Shown in pieces: positions 18,588 to 27,863 of a stretch of 64,000 nucleotides of DNA. Positions within the stretch are counted from its first letter, which is position 1. The number at the start of each line of letters is the position of its first letter. Under the pieces are notes generated by a model. It saw only the letters and a list, made by a program, of their open reading frames with translations, was not told the DNA's origin and ran no database searches. This DNA comes from a virus. Both the position numbers and the translations under genes were made by a program. The stretch covers positions 6,498-70,497 of the IMG/VR virus record IMGVR_UViG_3300025010_000053; one strand, 5' to 3'.

Positions 18588-19083
18588 GAGCCCAGTTTAC
18601 AATGTTATTGCCGTGCCAATTAAAAATATTAGGGCAAATGCTTGGAATCCTAATGCCGTAGCTCCACCCGAAATGAAACTTCTTTATGACTCAATTAAAG
18701 AAGATGGCTATACAATGCCAATAGTTTGTTACTTTAATCCGTCTGATGATACATATGAGATTGTTGACGGGTTTCACCGCTACAGCGTTATGTTGAAACA
18801 TAAGGATATTTATGATCGCGAGAATGGCTGTTTGCCTGTATCTGTGATCGATAAACCAATCAGTGATAGGATGGCTTCAACAATACGCCACAACCGCGCT
18901 AGGGGTACGCATAACATTGACTTGATGAGCAATATCGTGGCCGAGCTTGTTGAAATGGGCAAATCTGATTCCTGGATTGCTAAGCATTTGGGAATGGACG
19001 TTGATGAGTTGCTGCGACTTAAACAAATTACCGGTCTAGTTGCGCTTTTCAGGAGCCGGGAATACTCAAAATCATGGATATAG
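18574..19083 (+). CDS. ibrB: IbrB-like ParB/Srx-domain protein
   Basis: NAWNPNAVAPPEMKLL, IVDGFHRY, MASTIRHNRARG, HLGMDVDELLRLKQITG. Confidence 0.88.
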   Translation: MKAFKSPVYNVIAVPIKNIRANAWNPNAVAPPEMKLLYDSIKEDGYTMPIVCYFNPSDDTYEIVDGFHRYSVMLKHKDIYDRENGCLPVSVIDKPISDRMASTIRHNRARGTHNIDLMSNIVAELVEMGKSDSWIAKHLGMDVDELLRLKQITGLVALFRSREYSKSWI

Positions 19084-19224
19084 ATAAAAAGGAGGCATGG
19101 TAAATTAATTATTACGTAGTCGCTCAGGCCGTCCTGGCAGACATATCGCTGAGCGACTACCGAAACCGCTAGGGGTTCGGAATATAGTATATCGGGATCG
19201 CTTCCAAAATTCAAGGAGGGTTAA

Positions 19225-20163
19225 ATGGATCTAGAGAAATCCATACAGGAATTATTCGTGTATCTCGAAAGTCAAGGGTACTCCGTCCATAGCTTGGAAT
19301 GGTATGGCGTTGCGCTCAGACAATTCAAAAAGTTTCTGAACGATGCAGGGATACATACTATTGAAGAAATCACCCAGCAAGTCATATATGATTACCTGCT
19401 CTATCTGCGTAACCGTCCGAAAATGGACGGCAAGCCAGGAAAGCTAAGTATTTCAGCTATAAATAACGCAATTAAAGCGATTAAGGGTTTGTTTAGGTAT
19501 CTATGTGAAGTGATTGAAACTTTACCGGACAACCCGACTAGAAAGTTAAAATACCTCAAGGCAAGACATGCAGTCATAAATAGTTATACAGAAGAGCAGA
19601 TACGTGCAATTTTGTCTTATATTCCTCAGAAAAATTTTGCTGGACAACGAAATAGTATGCTTATTCAACTGCTCGTTGACACTGGCCTACGTATATCCGA
19701 GGCTTTAAGTATTTGTGTTAGCAATATAAATTTCACTAAGTCATTAATACGGGTAGTTGGCAAAGGGAACAAAGAGCGTTTAGTTCCCTTTGGTGAAAAT
19801 TCAAAGAAGCTATTGGAGCAATGGATTGTTATTCAGTCCCTAAGTGAAACGAGCAAGATATTTTTTGCTAAAGGTTCGGATAGTATTTCAACCGCTGCAA
19901 TTAGAAACGCTTTTAGAAAGTACGGAGTTTTAGCAGGGTTAAAGGTAACGTTTAGGCCGCATATTTGCCGTCACACTTTTGCTCTTATGTTTTTACGCAA
20001 CGGTGGGCAGGTGTTTGTTTTGCAGAAAATAATGGGCCATTCGACGCTTGATATGACTAGGCGTTACGTGAATATGCTTACCGAAGATATCCAGGAAGAG
20101 CATCGGAGATGTGGCCCTGGAGACAAGCTGTTTAGCAACAAAGACGACGATAACCAGGAATAA
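19225..20163 (+). CDS. Tyrosine recombinase (XerC/D-like)
   Basis: DTGLRISE, GKGNKER, HICRH, MGH, RRYV catalytic set intact. Confidence 0.92.
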   Translation: MDLEKSIQELFVYLESQGYSVHSLEWYGVALRQFKKFLNDAGIHTIEEITQQVIYDYLLYLRNRPKMDGKPGKLSISAINNAIKAIKGLFRYLCEVIETLPDNPTRKLKYLKARHAVINSYTEEQIRAILSYIPQKNFAGQRNSMLIQLLVDTGLRISEALSICVSNINFTKSLIRVVGKGNKERLVPFGENSKKLLEQWIVIQSLSETSKIFFAKGSDSISTAAIRNAFRKYGVLAGLKVTFRPHICRHTFALMFLRNGGQVFVLQKIMGHSTLDMTRRYVNMLTEDIQEEHRRCGPGDKLFSNKDDDNQE

Positions 20164-20251
20164 ACTAAACATGGTTATTTTTAAATTAAATATGCCTTGA
20201 ACTTTTTAGAATAACATGGTAGATTGAAACTGGTTAGGGAGTGATGCAAGA

Positions 20252-20545
20252 ATGGAAGAGATGAGGAATTGTCTTGGCTGTGGTATCAGCTTTGCTCCAA
20301 AAAGCAAAAGACATGTTTACCATAGCACCCAATGTCGGTATAGGATGAGACAGCAGATGCTTAGACTACAGCGCAAACTTGCTGGTTTGTGTCCTCAGTG
20401 CGGCGGAGAGATGGATTACCCTACATCCACCCACCGCACCAAGAACAAAATTACCTACTGCTCTAAATGTCGAGAGTACTTTAGGATCCGGCATAGTGCT
20501 GGTGGGCAAAATAAATTAGTAGCGGCCACAGTTATTCCAGACTGA
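20252..20545 (+). CDS. Zinc-finger protein
   Basis: CxxC motifs; upstream TTGAAC-17-TAGATT promoter. Confidence 0.65.
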   Translation: MEEMRNCLGCGISFAPKSKRHVYHSTQCRYRMRQQMLRLQRKLAGLCPQCGGEMDYPTSTHRTKNKITYCSKCREYFRIRHSAGGQNKLVAATVIPD

Positions 20546-20598
20546 CTCAGCTAGTTATAATATTGCTGGTGGAATCCACTAAAAAGAAGGAGCAAACC

Positions 20599-22002
20599 AT
20601 GAATAAAGCCGTCCATGCTATTACCTGTTTAGAGCGCAGGTGCAAGAAGTGTAAAATATACATATCAGTCAGGGTGCAGGATTATGGCGTGCAGACAACT
20701 TGGGAGGACTTAGACGCTCAATTAGACAAAAGTCTATATCAGATCATTAAGGTTCGTTGCCCAAAATGCGGGATCGAAGAATGGCCGGAATTTACGACAA
20801 TGTACAATATAGCGAACGGAGCAAAGGAACAAATCATTAAGACCAAGCTTGGCAGCGAGGATATGCCGGTTATAGGTGGCACGGATACGCCTTATGCTAT
20901 CACCCATAGCTTGGAGGAAGAGGCTGAGTATAATCGCGGCCTGGCTAAAACTAAGGAATGTTATCGCGAAAAATCAGAAGAATTTTGGACTGGTTACTGT
21001 AGCTTTGCCTTGGAGAAGTGGTCAAGCCTCATGAAAGATTTGACCGACAAGGAGTTTGAAGTCGCCTACCTGGAACTTGGTTTTCCGGCACCTTTGAACT
21101 ATGGTGCCATCAGTGTGGCAGCATGGCGTAAGGACGCGGAGAGGCGAATTGTCACCGATGAACAAAAGTTAGCCTTTTGGCGAGCGTCCAACTTATACAT
21201 TATAGAAGAGGAATTCGTTTGGGCACCAATCGGGCAGTGGCCCATGGAGGAATGGATCCGCTCATATGGTCGGGAGCGGGTAACTTACCTTACTTTAAAT
21301 ATACCGCTGCCGGAAGAGTTGGAGTCTTGGAGAACCAAAGCCTTAGCGAAGGTGATAAAAAAGAAAACAGGAGAAACCGGTGTACTTTTCGAGCGGATCG
21401 GTCAACTTGGGCGCGATCTGGACAAGCAGCGCAACCGGTCGATGGAGCTAGGACGGCAACTGCAGCAGGAGAGGCAGGATAGTGCCACATTAAACGATCA
21501 AGTGTCGAAACTTAAGCAGGAGAATGCACGCTTAAAAAATAGGCCTGCAGAGGTTATTCGGGATCCGAACGATACAAGGAAAATTAAATCCCTAAAAGGG
21601 CTAGTTGCAGAAATGCGGGCTGAGGTGGAGAGGCTTGCCGGGTTGCTTCCGGCTGAAGTTATAATCCAAGAACCAGATGATATAATAGAAGAAACTAAAA
21701 TTGAAGTCCAGGAACCCGCCATTGATCTGAGCGGCAAGACAGTCCTGATCGTTGGTTGGCCGAGGGAAACGATTGGAGCTGAGTGCCTGGTTATATGGCA
21801 TGACGGGGATTTAGTGGACGCAAAGCTCCAGACCCTGACCACGGAGGCAGATATATTCGTTGTGCTGACCCGCTTTATAAGCCATCAGGCTATGTGGTGG
21901 CTGAAAGCGGAAGCGGCCATGCAAGATAAGCCGATCGTGTTTGTCAAGGAAACCAATGTCGATCGGATTTTAGGCATTATTAAATCAAGTCTAGCCAGGT
22001 GA
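20599..22002 (+). CDS. Coiled-coil protein with C-terminal DUF2325-like domain and N-terminal CxxC pairs
   Basis: VLIVG...ADIFVVLTRFISH.AMW...KPIVF. Confidence 0.7.
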   Translation: MNKAVHAITCLERRCKKCKIYISVRVQDYGVQTTWEDLDAQLDKSLYQIIKVRCPKCGIEEWPEFTTMYNIANGAKEQIIKTKLGSEDMPVIGGTDTPYAITHSLEEEAEYNRGLAKTKECYREKSEEFWTGYCSFALEKWSSLMKDLTDKEFEVAYLELGFPAPLNYGAISVAAWRKDAERRIVTDEQKLAFWRASNLYIIEEEFVWAPIGQWPMEEWIRSYGRERVTYLTLNIPLPEELESWRTKALAKVIKKKTGETGVLFERIGQLGRDLDKQRNRSMELGRQLQQERQDSATLNDQVSKLKQENARLKNRPAEVIRDPNDTRKIKSLKGLVAEMRAEVERLAGLLPAEVIIQEPDDIIEETKIEVQEPAIDLSGKTVLIVGWPRETIGAECLVIWHDGDLVDAKLQTLTTEADIFVVLTRFISHQAMWWLKAEAAMQDKPIVFVKETNVDRILGIIKSSLAR

Positions 22003-22165
22003 AAGCCTGGTTTTTTTTTGTGAAATAAAATGATAATAGCAGTTAGTGGTAGATAATGAATTGAAATATTAGAAAATAGAACATATTTTGCTTTCTCATA
22101 ATTTGATTTAATTTATCTTCATGCTATTATAAGAATATATATTTAATAGGAAAGGAGGGGAAGTG

Positions 22166-22273
22166 TTGAAGAAAATAGGTATTGCTTATGGCGGAAAGGG
22201 TATAGGAGTTCCGATTATTGGGCTGGTTGCATTAGGTGCCATGCTTTTCTTTGTAGGACGCAAAATTAAATAG
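22166..22273 (+). CDS. 35-aa hydrophobic peptide MKKIGIAYGGKGIGVPIIGLVALGAMLFFVGRKIK
   Basis: RBS aaaggagggg; upstream extended -10 TGCTATTAT; downstream hairpin and T-tract. Confidence 0.6.
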   Translation: MKKIGIAYGGKGIGVPIIGLVALGAMLFFVGRKIK

Positions 22274-22327
22274 CATAAAAAAAGGGGCTGACTATAGGCG
22301 ACAGTCCCTTTTCCCTTTTTGTGTATA

Positions 22328-22609
22328 CTATTTAACCTCTTCTATTTCAATATCTGCTTTACTTCCACAGCAGGGACATGTCATTGTGCCCTTGAATCTT
22401 CCCTTTTCATTGAAAATTTCTTTATAGAATTGACTTATAATGCCAGGCAGAGAGAGCATCATTATTAATAAAGTGATAACTCCCATATGCACTGTATCCT
22501 GAATTAACTTTTTATTTTGCAATGAAAGCGTAATAGTAATTAAAAGATATATAAAAATAATGAGTCCAGAGAGTCCAATAAATGCAATAGAAATTCTTCT
22601 TAGGAACAT
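22328..22609 (-). CDS. Two-TM membrane protein with C-terminal CPCC zinc-ribbon-like motif
   Basis: Hydrophobic segments; AT-rich; own RBS. Confidence 0.55.
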   Translation of the reverse strand: MFLRRISIAFIGLSGLIIFIYLLITITLSLQNKKLIQDTVHMGVITLLIMMLSLPGIISQFYKEIFNEKGRFKGTMTCPCCGSKADIEIEEVK

Positions 22610-22849
22610 TGCAATTTTTTTAATTTTCTGATAAATGTAAAGTCACCTCCTTGGTAAAATATTTTATTTAGATATTTCGTTATAAACATAAAAGTTTCCT
22701 TTAATATTATTGGCTATTTTATTGATCAATGAGTGATGCATATAATGGATGAGCATATAAAAATGACTCATTGCTTTCACAAATAAATAAAATCGCTTAA
22801 ATACTATTTTCCGCAAAAAAATATATTTTAACTTTCTTTGATTTATGTA

Positions 22850-22877
22850 TTGCATTATTCTATGGATCTGCTATAAT
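22850..22877 (+). promoter_or_regulatory. sigmaA-type promoter of the second small-gene cassette
   Basis: TTGCAT-16-TATAAT with TG extension; TCTTTGATT upstream as in the 9911 promoter. Confidence 0.65.
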
Positions 22878-22937
22878 TATATTTAAGGAAAGCAAATAAA
22901 AAACAAAACGGTCACAGAGCCGAAGGGAGATTAAATA

Positions 22938-23297
22938 ATGAAATTATTCGCACAGATAGCACCATTCATTGAAGGAACATGTAAATACAATATTATAGCA
23001 GGAGACGGACTGAGTCGTCAGGCGGGATTCAGTCGTCAAGTGTCAGAAGATATTGACTTCGACGGAGACAAGGTTTTTACCTACCCGCAGGACAGTACAG
23101 ACTTTGCGGATACTGAGATGCAGGTTAAGTTGGAAAACGGGGTAACTAGGGAAGAGTGGATGCAAATGTTCCCGGATGGTGTGGCAGTTTTGGAGTTAGT
23201 GCCGAACGCAGAAACAGAGGAAAGGAACACTAACGGACAAAGCACGTGGTGGTACTACTTCTGGAAGGGTATCTGGGAAAAGGAATTATTAGCATAG
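22938..23297 (+). CDS. Acidic hypothetical protein
   Basis: 119 aa; RBS aagggag. Confidence 0.65.
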   Translation: MKLFAQIAPFIEGTCKYNIIAGDGLSRQAGFSRQVSEDIDFDGDKVFTYPQDSTDFADTEMQVKLENGVTREEWMQMFPDGVAVLELVPNAETEERNTNGQSTWWYYFWKGIWEKELLA

Positions 23298-23362
23298 TCA
23301 AAAAAAGGTTAGGTCGGGCGGGTTGCCTGGCCTAACGAAAAAATAATTTAGGGGGAATTCTA

Positions 23363-23641
23363 GTGAGAAAAATGTTTTTAACTTTGCGTTGCCTGGTTAG
23401 AACAAAAGCTATTGAACCAGCGTACGCCAGACAGCTTATGAAAATTCATGTTGGAAAAAACGCTTCAAACGGCATGGCCGCATGGTTCAGCCATGGTTGG
23501 AAGTACGACAAAGAGGTTTTCGGTAACAAGGATGTTGGTGGAGATTACTTGGCTTCACCAAGGCGCATCAGGCACAAGTCAATGGTACATCTTATCTGTC
23601 AGACGTACCTACCGCATGACAGAAAAAGAAAATTACCATAA
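23363..23641 (+). CDS. Hypothetical protein
   Basis: GTG start after aggggga. Confidence 0.55.
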   Translation: MRKMFLTLRCLVRTKAIEPAYARQLMKIHVGKNASNGMAAWFSHGWKYDKEVFGNKDVGGDYLASPRRIRHKSMVHLICQTYLPHDRKRKLP

Positions 23642-23690
23642 ATAAAAATCCCACTTGTCTAGTTGGTGAGTGGGGAAAGGAGTTGAGTTG

Positions 23691-23867
23691 ATGCCCAAGG
23701 GCGGAAAGCGCGAGGGAGCCGGGAGACCGGAAATAGCAGACAAATTGATTACCAAGACCTACAGACTTCTTCAGTCGGACATAGAAAAACTGGAGAAGTT
23801 AGCGAAAAAACAGGAAATAACCGCTTCTGAGGTGATGCGGAATTTAATAAGAAGGGAGGGAAATTGA
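23691..23867 (+). CDS. Ribbon-helix-helix-type regulator (copy B)
   Basis: MPKGGKREGAGRP...EKLEKLAKKQEITASEVMRNLI, paralogous to 9685-9873. Confidence 0.7.
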   Translation: MPKGGKREGAGRPEIADKLITKTYRLLQSDIEKLEKLAKKQEITASEVMRNLIRREGN

Positions 23868-24059
23868 GTGGATAAATTAGCAAAAGTCATTCTGGAAGGA
23901 GGCAAGTGGGAAGTAGTCTCTATTGAAAACGGAAAAACCGTAAAATCCCTTGACTCCTGCGACCAGGCTATGGACTGGGCATGGGAAAACGGTTGGGACG
24001 TCATGGAGGTGCCGAATGAAACAGCGACTAGAACCGCAAGATTTGCAGGGACTAGCTGA
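23868..24059 (+). CDS. Small acidic hypothetical protein
   Basis: RBS gggaggg; 63 aa. Confidence 0.55.
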   Translation: MDKLAKVILEGGKWEVVSIENGKTVKSLDSCDQAMDWAWENGWDVMEVPNETATRTARFAGTS

Positions 24060-24375
24060 AGAGCAGAAGGTCAGACTTCGGGAGTTATGGGAAGTGCGCG
24101 CAGGCGACTTTTATGTAAAGCATTTTACATTTAACTGCACTCACGGTGAAACTCTTGTTGTCACCGAACAAAATATTAAATATCTCAATCTGAATTCTGC
24201 TATTCCTCTACTGAGCGTCGGACAGATGATTGAGATACTGCAGAACTCCGGCAAGGTTGAATACGATCCGTGTGAGCCAAGTTATTTTTGGGCTTTGGGG
24301 GAAGATTTTTACCTGAGCGTACTTGACGGAAAGCTTTGTGACGCTCTTTGGTTGGCAGTCAAAAAAATATTATAG
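24016..24375 (+). CDS. Hypothetical phage protein
   Basis: MKQRLEPQDLQGL...PLLSVGQMIEIL...LCDALWLAVKKIL; followed by a terminator. Confidence 0.65.
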   Translation: MKQRLEPQDLQGLAEEQKVRLRELWEVRAGDFYVKHFTFNCTHGETLVVTEQNIKYLNLNSAIPLLSVGQMIEILQNSGKVEYDPCEPSYFWALGEDFYLSVLDGKLCDALWLAVKKIL

Positions 24376-24705
24376 CACTCCTTTGGTGGTGCTTATTTTT
24401 TTTCGCCATACAGCACTACCTAAACTTCCCATCAGATTATTTTACTCAAAACTAGCATATTTCAATCTATTAGGGAATAGCTTTTGAGTAACGCATTAAC
24501 GAAGTTAAGAGTAACGCAAAAAAGCAGTAGGGCATTTCCGGCACTATTGAAATATATCCGAAATAAGAGTAAAATAAGCATGTTGGCAGACATGTCCGGT
24601 ACCTCGTCAAACCGAAGCCCAGCTATGCTTGGTATTATGTACATAGGGTTGACGGGGTTTTGGCGTCCCATTGACTAATTTATTATCTTTGACTATAATA
24701 GGCCT

Positions 24706-24950
24706 AACAGATCCTCCCGCGCCTCTTAATAATGCGTACCAGGGGAGGACATTAATTTAAAAACTTGATGAGTGCCTGCTGTACCAATCCGTTGTGAAGT
24801 GCGGCAGGCCAAATAAACAAGTTATACTGGTTCCGTTTCGCTTCTGCTTATGTGGTGCGCGATGCGGAGAATACCCAAGAGACGCAGTACACAGCGTTGA
24901 GGGCAACAAAAAACCCCAACTTAGATTAAACTAAGAGGGTTTTTTTGTTT
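24706..24950 (+). ncRNA. Structured ncRNA of ~245 nt starting with RNA motif copy 2
   Basis: TTGACT-17-TATAAT promoter (24671-24699), conserved core 24706-24750, further stems, terminator 24905-24949, no convincing ORF. Confidence 0.6.
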
Positions 24951-25133
24951 GGGTACCTTTTTTAAGGGTTTTAGTGGCTATATCCTTGGCAGCTCTGTTG
25001 ATGTCGTAGCTGTCGCGGTCGTATTCCTTGCCTATAAGTTTTGATGTTTTTAATACTGATAACAAAACAATCACCTCTGGCAGTATTATTTCCCGAGTCA
25101 ATGTTGAATATACATAACAAAGGGGTGATTTTA

Positions 25134-25523
25134 ATGTTTAGACAATTAGACCTGCCTTCGGACATGGCAGAGATTTTATGTACCATATACGCCAAAGCGC
25201 GAAAAATAGATCTAGGACTGACCGAAAAGCTATTTATCCAGCAAATAATTGATGACTGGTTGAAGCCGTATAACCGGGATAAGGAACCTGACAAACCAGC
25301 GACAAAAAAGACAATACGCCTAAGAAATAACATAAAGGATGCAATGCGGTTATCCGGCAAAACTCAGGCACAATTAGCACTGGAAACAGGCATTAACAGG
25401 GCATACATAAGCCAAATAGCGAACGGTCACCACGAGCCTACTGTAACTGCTGCCGTCCTGCTGGCAAGGGCTACGGGATGCAATACAGACGATTTATTTT
25501 ATGTAGAACCTATTGAGGAATAA
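25134..25523 (+). CDS. XRE-family HTH protein
   Basis: IKDAMRLSGKTQAQLALETGINRAYISQIANG. Confidence 0.8.
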   Translation: MFRQLDLPSDMAEILCTIYAKARKIDLGLTEKLFIQQIIDDWLKPYNRDKEPDKPATKKTIRLRNNIKDAMRLSGKTQAQLALETGINRAYISQIANGHHEPTVTAAVLLARATGCNTDDLFYVEPIEE

Positions 25524-25633
25524 ATTACCTTCGGTAGGCTCTATTTTTATTGGAATAGTGGACAAGCAATAAGACATAAAATTGTAACACATATTAAACA
25601 GAACGGTTTAACATTTTGAAAGGTGGTTATCGA

Positions 25634-26206
25634 ATGATCATAAAAATCAACGGCAAACCATTAAATTATAGACAGTCAGCAGAAAAACCAGTTAAAAACG
25701 AAGCTTTTACATGGCAGACCAAAGTTAAAAAATCAACCAATATCCAAGTCAGACCCGAATCATCCCCGGTAGCAGTTACCAAACCACAACCAAAAACCGA
25801 AACTTTGCGCGACAGACTGGCCCGCATTCGTGAGGCTGCCAAGCGCCACATACTACCTTTGACTACAGGCATAAACCTCCTGGCTACTGCTCCAATCTCA
25901 GCCATGACAGGGCAGTACAGCGTAGCAAATCAGGCAGTACCAGTCGCAAATACGGCCTACATCGGCATTGCTCCGGCATTGCAGCCCGTTATCTCGATGT
26001 TGCAGGAGTTAGCTTTACCTGTCGGTATCGGCATGGCTATTTGGGGATTAATTGAAATTATAATCGGCAATCCCGGAGGCAAGGACAAAATCAAGTATGC
26101 CATGCTTGGTTACATCGGGGTGTTTATTATCCCATTTTTCTTCTACCAGATCAAGGGGGCGCTCAGCGTTATGCCTCTCGCTATGGGACTGCTGGGGGTG
26201 GCGTAA
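25634..26206 (+). CDS. Membrane protein with TrbC/VirB2 pilin-like C-terminus
   Basis: LQELALPVGIGMAIWGLIEIIIGNPGGKDKIKYAMLGYIGVFIIP. Confidence 0.55.
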   Translation: MIIKINGKPLNYRQSAEKPVKNEAFTWQTKVKKSTNIQVRPESSPVAVTKPQPKTETLRDRLARIREAAKRHILPLTTGINLLATAPISAMTGQYSVANQAVPVANTAYIGIAPALQPVISMLQELALPVGIGMAIWGLIEIIIGNPGGKDKIKYAMLGYIGVFIIPFFFYQIKGALSVMPLAMGLLGVA

Positions 26207-26443
26207 TTGCCTGGAATGGCTGCTTGGTTGGTCGGGATGGGACTGAAAAAGCTGACTGGGTGGGTTACTGTTATTACTGGAGTCGGGACAGCGTTTTACT
26301 ACTATTCGTTTGAATTTTGCCTTATGGGCGCTATGGTGTCGTTGCTTTTCTCGATGTTTGGCTTTTCTCTGGCCCGGAAGGGTGTGCTGTTTTCGGTGGC
26401 GTTGTATGTGGTGGTGCAGGTTGTTGGTGCATCATTAAAATAA
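26207..26443 (+). CDS. Small two-TM membrane protein
   Basis: Hydrophobic; coupled to the upstream gene. Confidence 0.6.
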   Translation: MPGMAAWLVGMGLKKLTGWVTVITGVGTAFYYYSFEFCLMGAMVSLLFSMFGFSLARKGVLFSVALYVVVQVVGASLK

Positions 26444-26453
26444 AAACGGCGTC

Positions 26454-26687
26454 CTATGCTCTAAACTTAATAGCATCAATATGATTATCGTGGTAAGCAA
26501 CTTTCAGATCACTGCCACTATAAAGAGCATTATCTAGTTCATCCATAAAGAAACTTATCCATTTACCAATTTTAGTTTCAACAATAACGAACGATTTATT
26601 TGTTTTGTCACCCGTTAATACTTCAAGAGTTCTGTTTATAATCGGCACGATGCCGTCAGTAGTTTTAATGTGTTTAAGATTTATCAT
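26454..26687 (-). CDS. Hypothetical protein
   Basis: ATG after aaaggagtg. Confidence 0.55.
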   Translation of the reverse strand: MINLKHIKTTDGIVPIINRTLEVLTGDKTNKSFVIVETKIGKWISFFMDELDNALYSGSDLKVAYHDNHIDAIKFRA

Positions 26688-26938
26688 TTCCAGCACTCCT
26701 TTTTGTGTTTGATTATATTTTGCGCAGGATGAGCGTGTATTATACACATTTTAAAAGAGAGGGAGGAATAACTGTGAGCAGAAATATTGACGATGCTATA
26801 AGCTGTCTAAAAGGATTAAAGCCTAAGTCTGACGCCGATAAAAAGAAAATCCAGAAGAAAGTAAAAGAACTGCAGTCTTTGAAGCGCGAGGGCTGGTAAA
26901 ATAAAAACCGCCCGTAGGCGGTTAATTAATAGACGATT

Positions 26939-27193
26939 CTACCATTCTTTCCAAAAAGGAATCATGGCAGACCGTATGCCTGACTCTCTGTGGGATAAAA
27001 TATCGTCTTCCCAGTAAACTTCCGTCTGTCTGGTGACAATATTTAAATGTTCTTCCCTGATTACATTTTCGGCTTCCGTGGAGCTTTTGCAGGTTGCTGT
27101 GTGGCCCGCCCAATCCACAGAGTAAACATGATTCCTATATTTACGGTCTGGCAATGGCACATAAACGACTAAAGTTAAAATTGCATCTTTCAT
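26939..27193 (-). CDS. Hypothetical protein
   Basis: AGAAGGAGGAATTTTGATG start context, identical to that of 27254-27484. Confidence 0.6.
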   Translation of the reverse strand: MKDAILTLVVYVPLPDRKYRNHVYSVDWAGHTATCKSSTEAENVIREEHLNIVTRQTEVYWEDDILSHRESGIRSAMIPFWKEW

Positions 27194-27253
27194 CAAAATT
27201 CCTCCTTCTGTGGTTTTAACGGTTGACCACAAACCGGATTTTTTTGATATCCG

Positions 27254-27484
27254 CTATACGCTTCTAATATGCAGTCGTCTGAGATCGTCCTCAGACGGGG
27301 TACTGTCAAGGTAATAACCGCAGGTAGCACAAACAGCGTCGGCATAAGGGGTGCCGTCCGGCATCCTACAAACAGTCCCTACTATCATGGTAGATCTGCA
27401 GGGTACTTCTGAAATACCAATTTTGATAGTGCCGGGGCATACAGTAGTTGCACGAAAAGCGGCGGGTCCAATAAGTTTAAGCAT
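27254..27484 (-). CDS. Small Cys-rich hypothetical protein
   Basis: AGAAGGAGGAATTTTGATG start; CATCG motif. Confidence 0.55.
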   Translation of the reverse strand: MLKLIGPAAFRATTVCPGTIKIGISEVPCRSTMIVGTVCRMPDGTPYADAVCATCGYYLDSTPSEDDLRRLHIRSV

Positions 27485-27499
27485 CAAAATTCCTCCTTC

Positions 27500-27664
27500 T
27501 TATTTTTTTGGATTCGGGTGGTCTTTGGGTATTACCCAAGTTTTCCCGATTTTTACGGCAGTGACTTTGCCAGCAGCGCACATGTCTTTAACCGTGCTGG
27601 GAGCTAGGCCCCAAAGCTTGGAGGCGTCTTCAACTCCCATGATTTTGTCAAGTATTTCGTGCAT
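27500..27664 (-). CDS. 54-aa excisionase-like winged HTH
   Basis: IMGVEDASKLWGLAPSTVKDMCAAGKVTAVKIGKTWVIP; translated by hand. Confidence 0.7.
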   Translation of the reverse strand: MHEILDKIMGVEDASKLWGLAPSTVKDMCAAGKVTAVKIGKTWVIPKDHPNPKK

Positions 27665-27665
27665 A

Positions 27666-27863
27666 TTAGTTACCAAAATCCCTAATAGCTTTTTCTATTA
27701 CTTCGCGGTATTCTTTTTCGGATCCGCTGAAGTAAAGTCCGCTATCATCGTGAGTAAAGCGATTGTCAAGCGAAGCGGCAAAATATGGATTATCCAGAAA
27801 ATCATCGTCAAACTCAATTTCCCAGTTGAACATCCCGTTTTCATACATGCCTATTGTTAGCAT
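27666..27863 (-). CDS. Small acidic hypothetical protein
   Basis: RBS aaagggg; 65 aa. Confidence 0.55.
   Translation of the reverse strand: MLTIGMYENGMFNWEIEFDDDFLDNPYFAASLDNRFTHDDSGLYFSGSEKEYREVIEKAIRDFGN

Noticed and set aside
24462-24678. Two overlapping 64-69 aa ORFs upstream of the ncRNA promoter
   Set aside because: No RBS and no recognisable motif; start overlaps the promoter region
24765-24815. TTGATGAG-stem-CAAA resembling a hammerhead ribozyme core
   Set aside because: The invariant CUGA start and the GAAA after stem II are missing, and no stem I/III could be built
27351-27860. Plus-strand 169-aa hydrophobic-looking ORF
   Set aside because: Antisense to three minus-strand genes with strong RBSs
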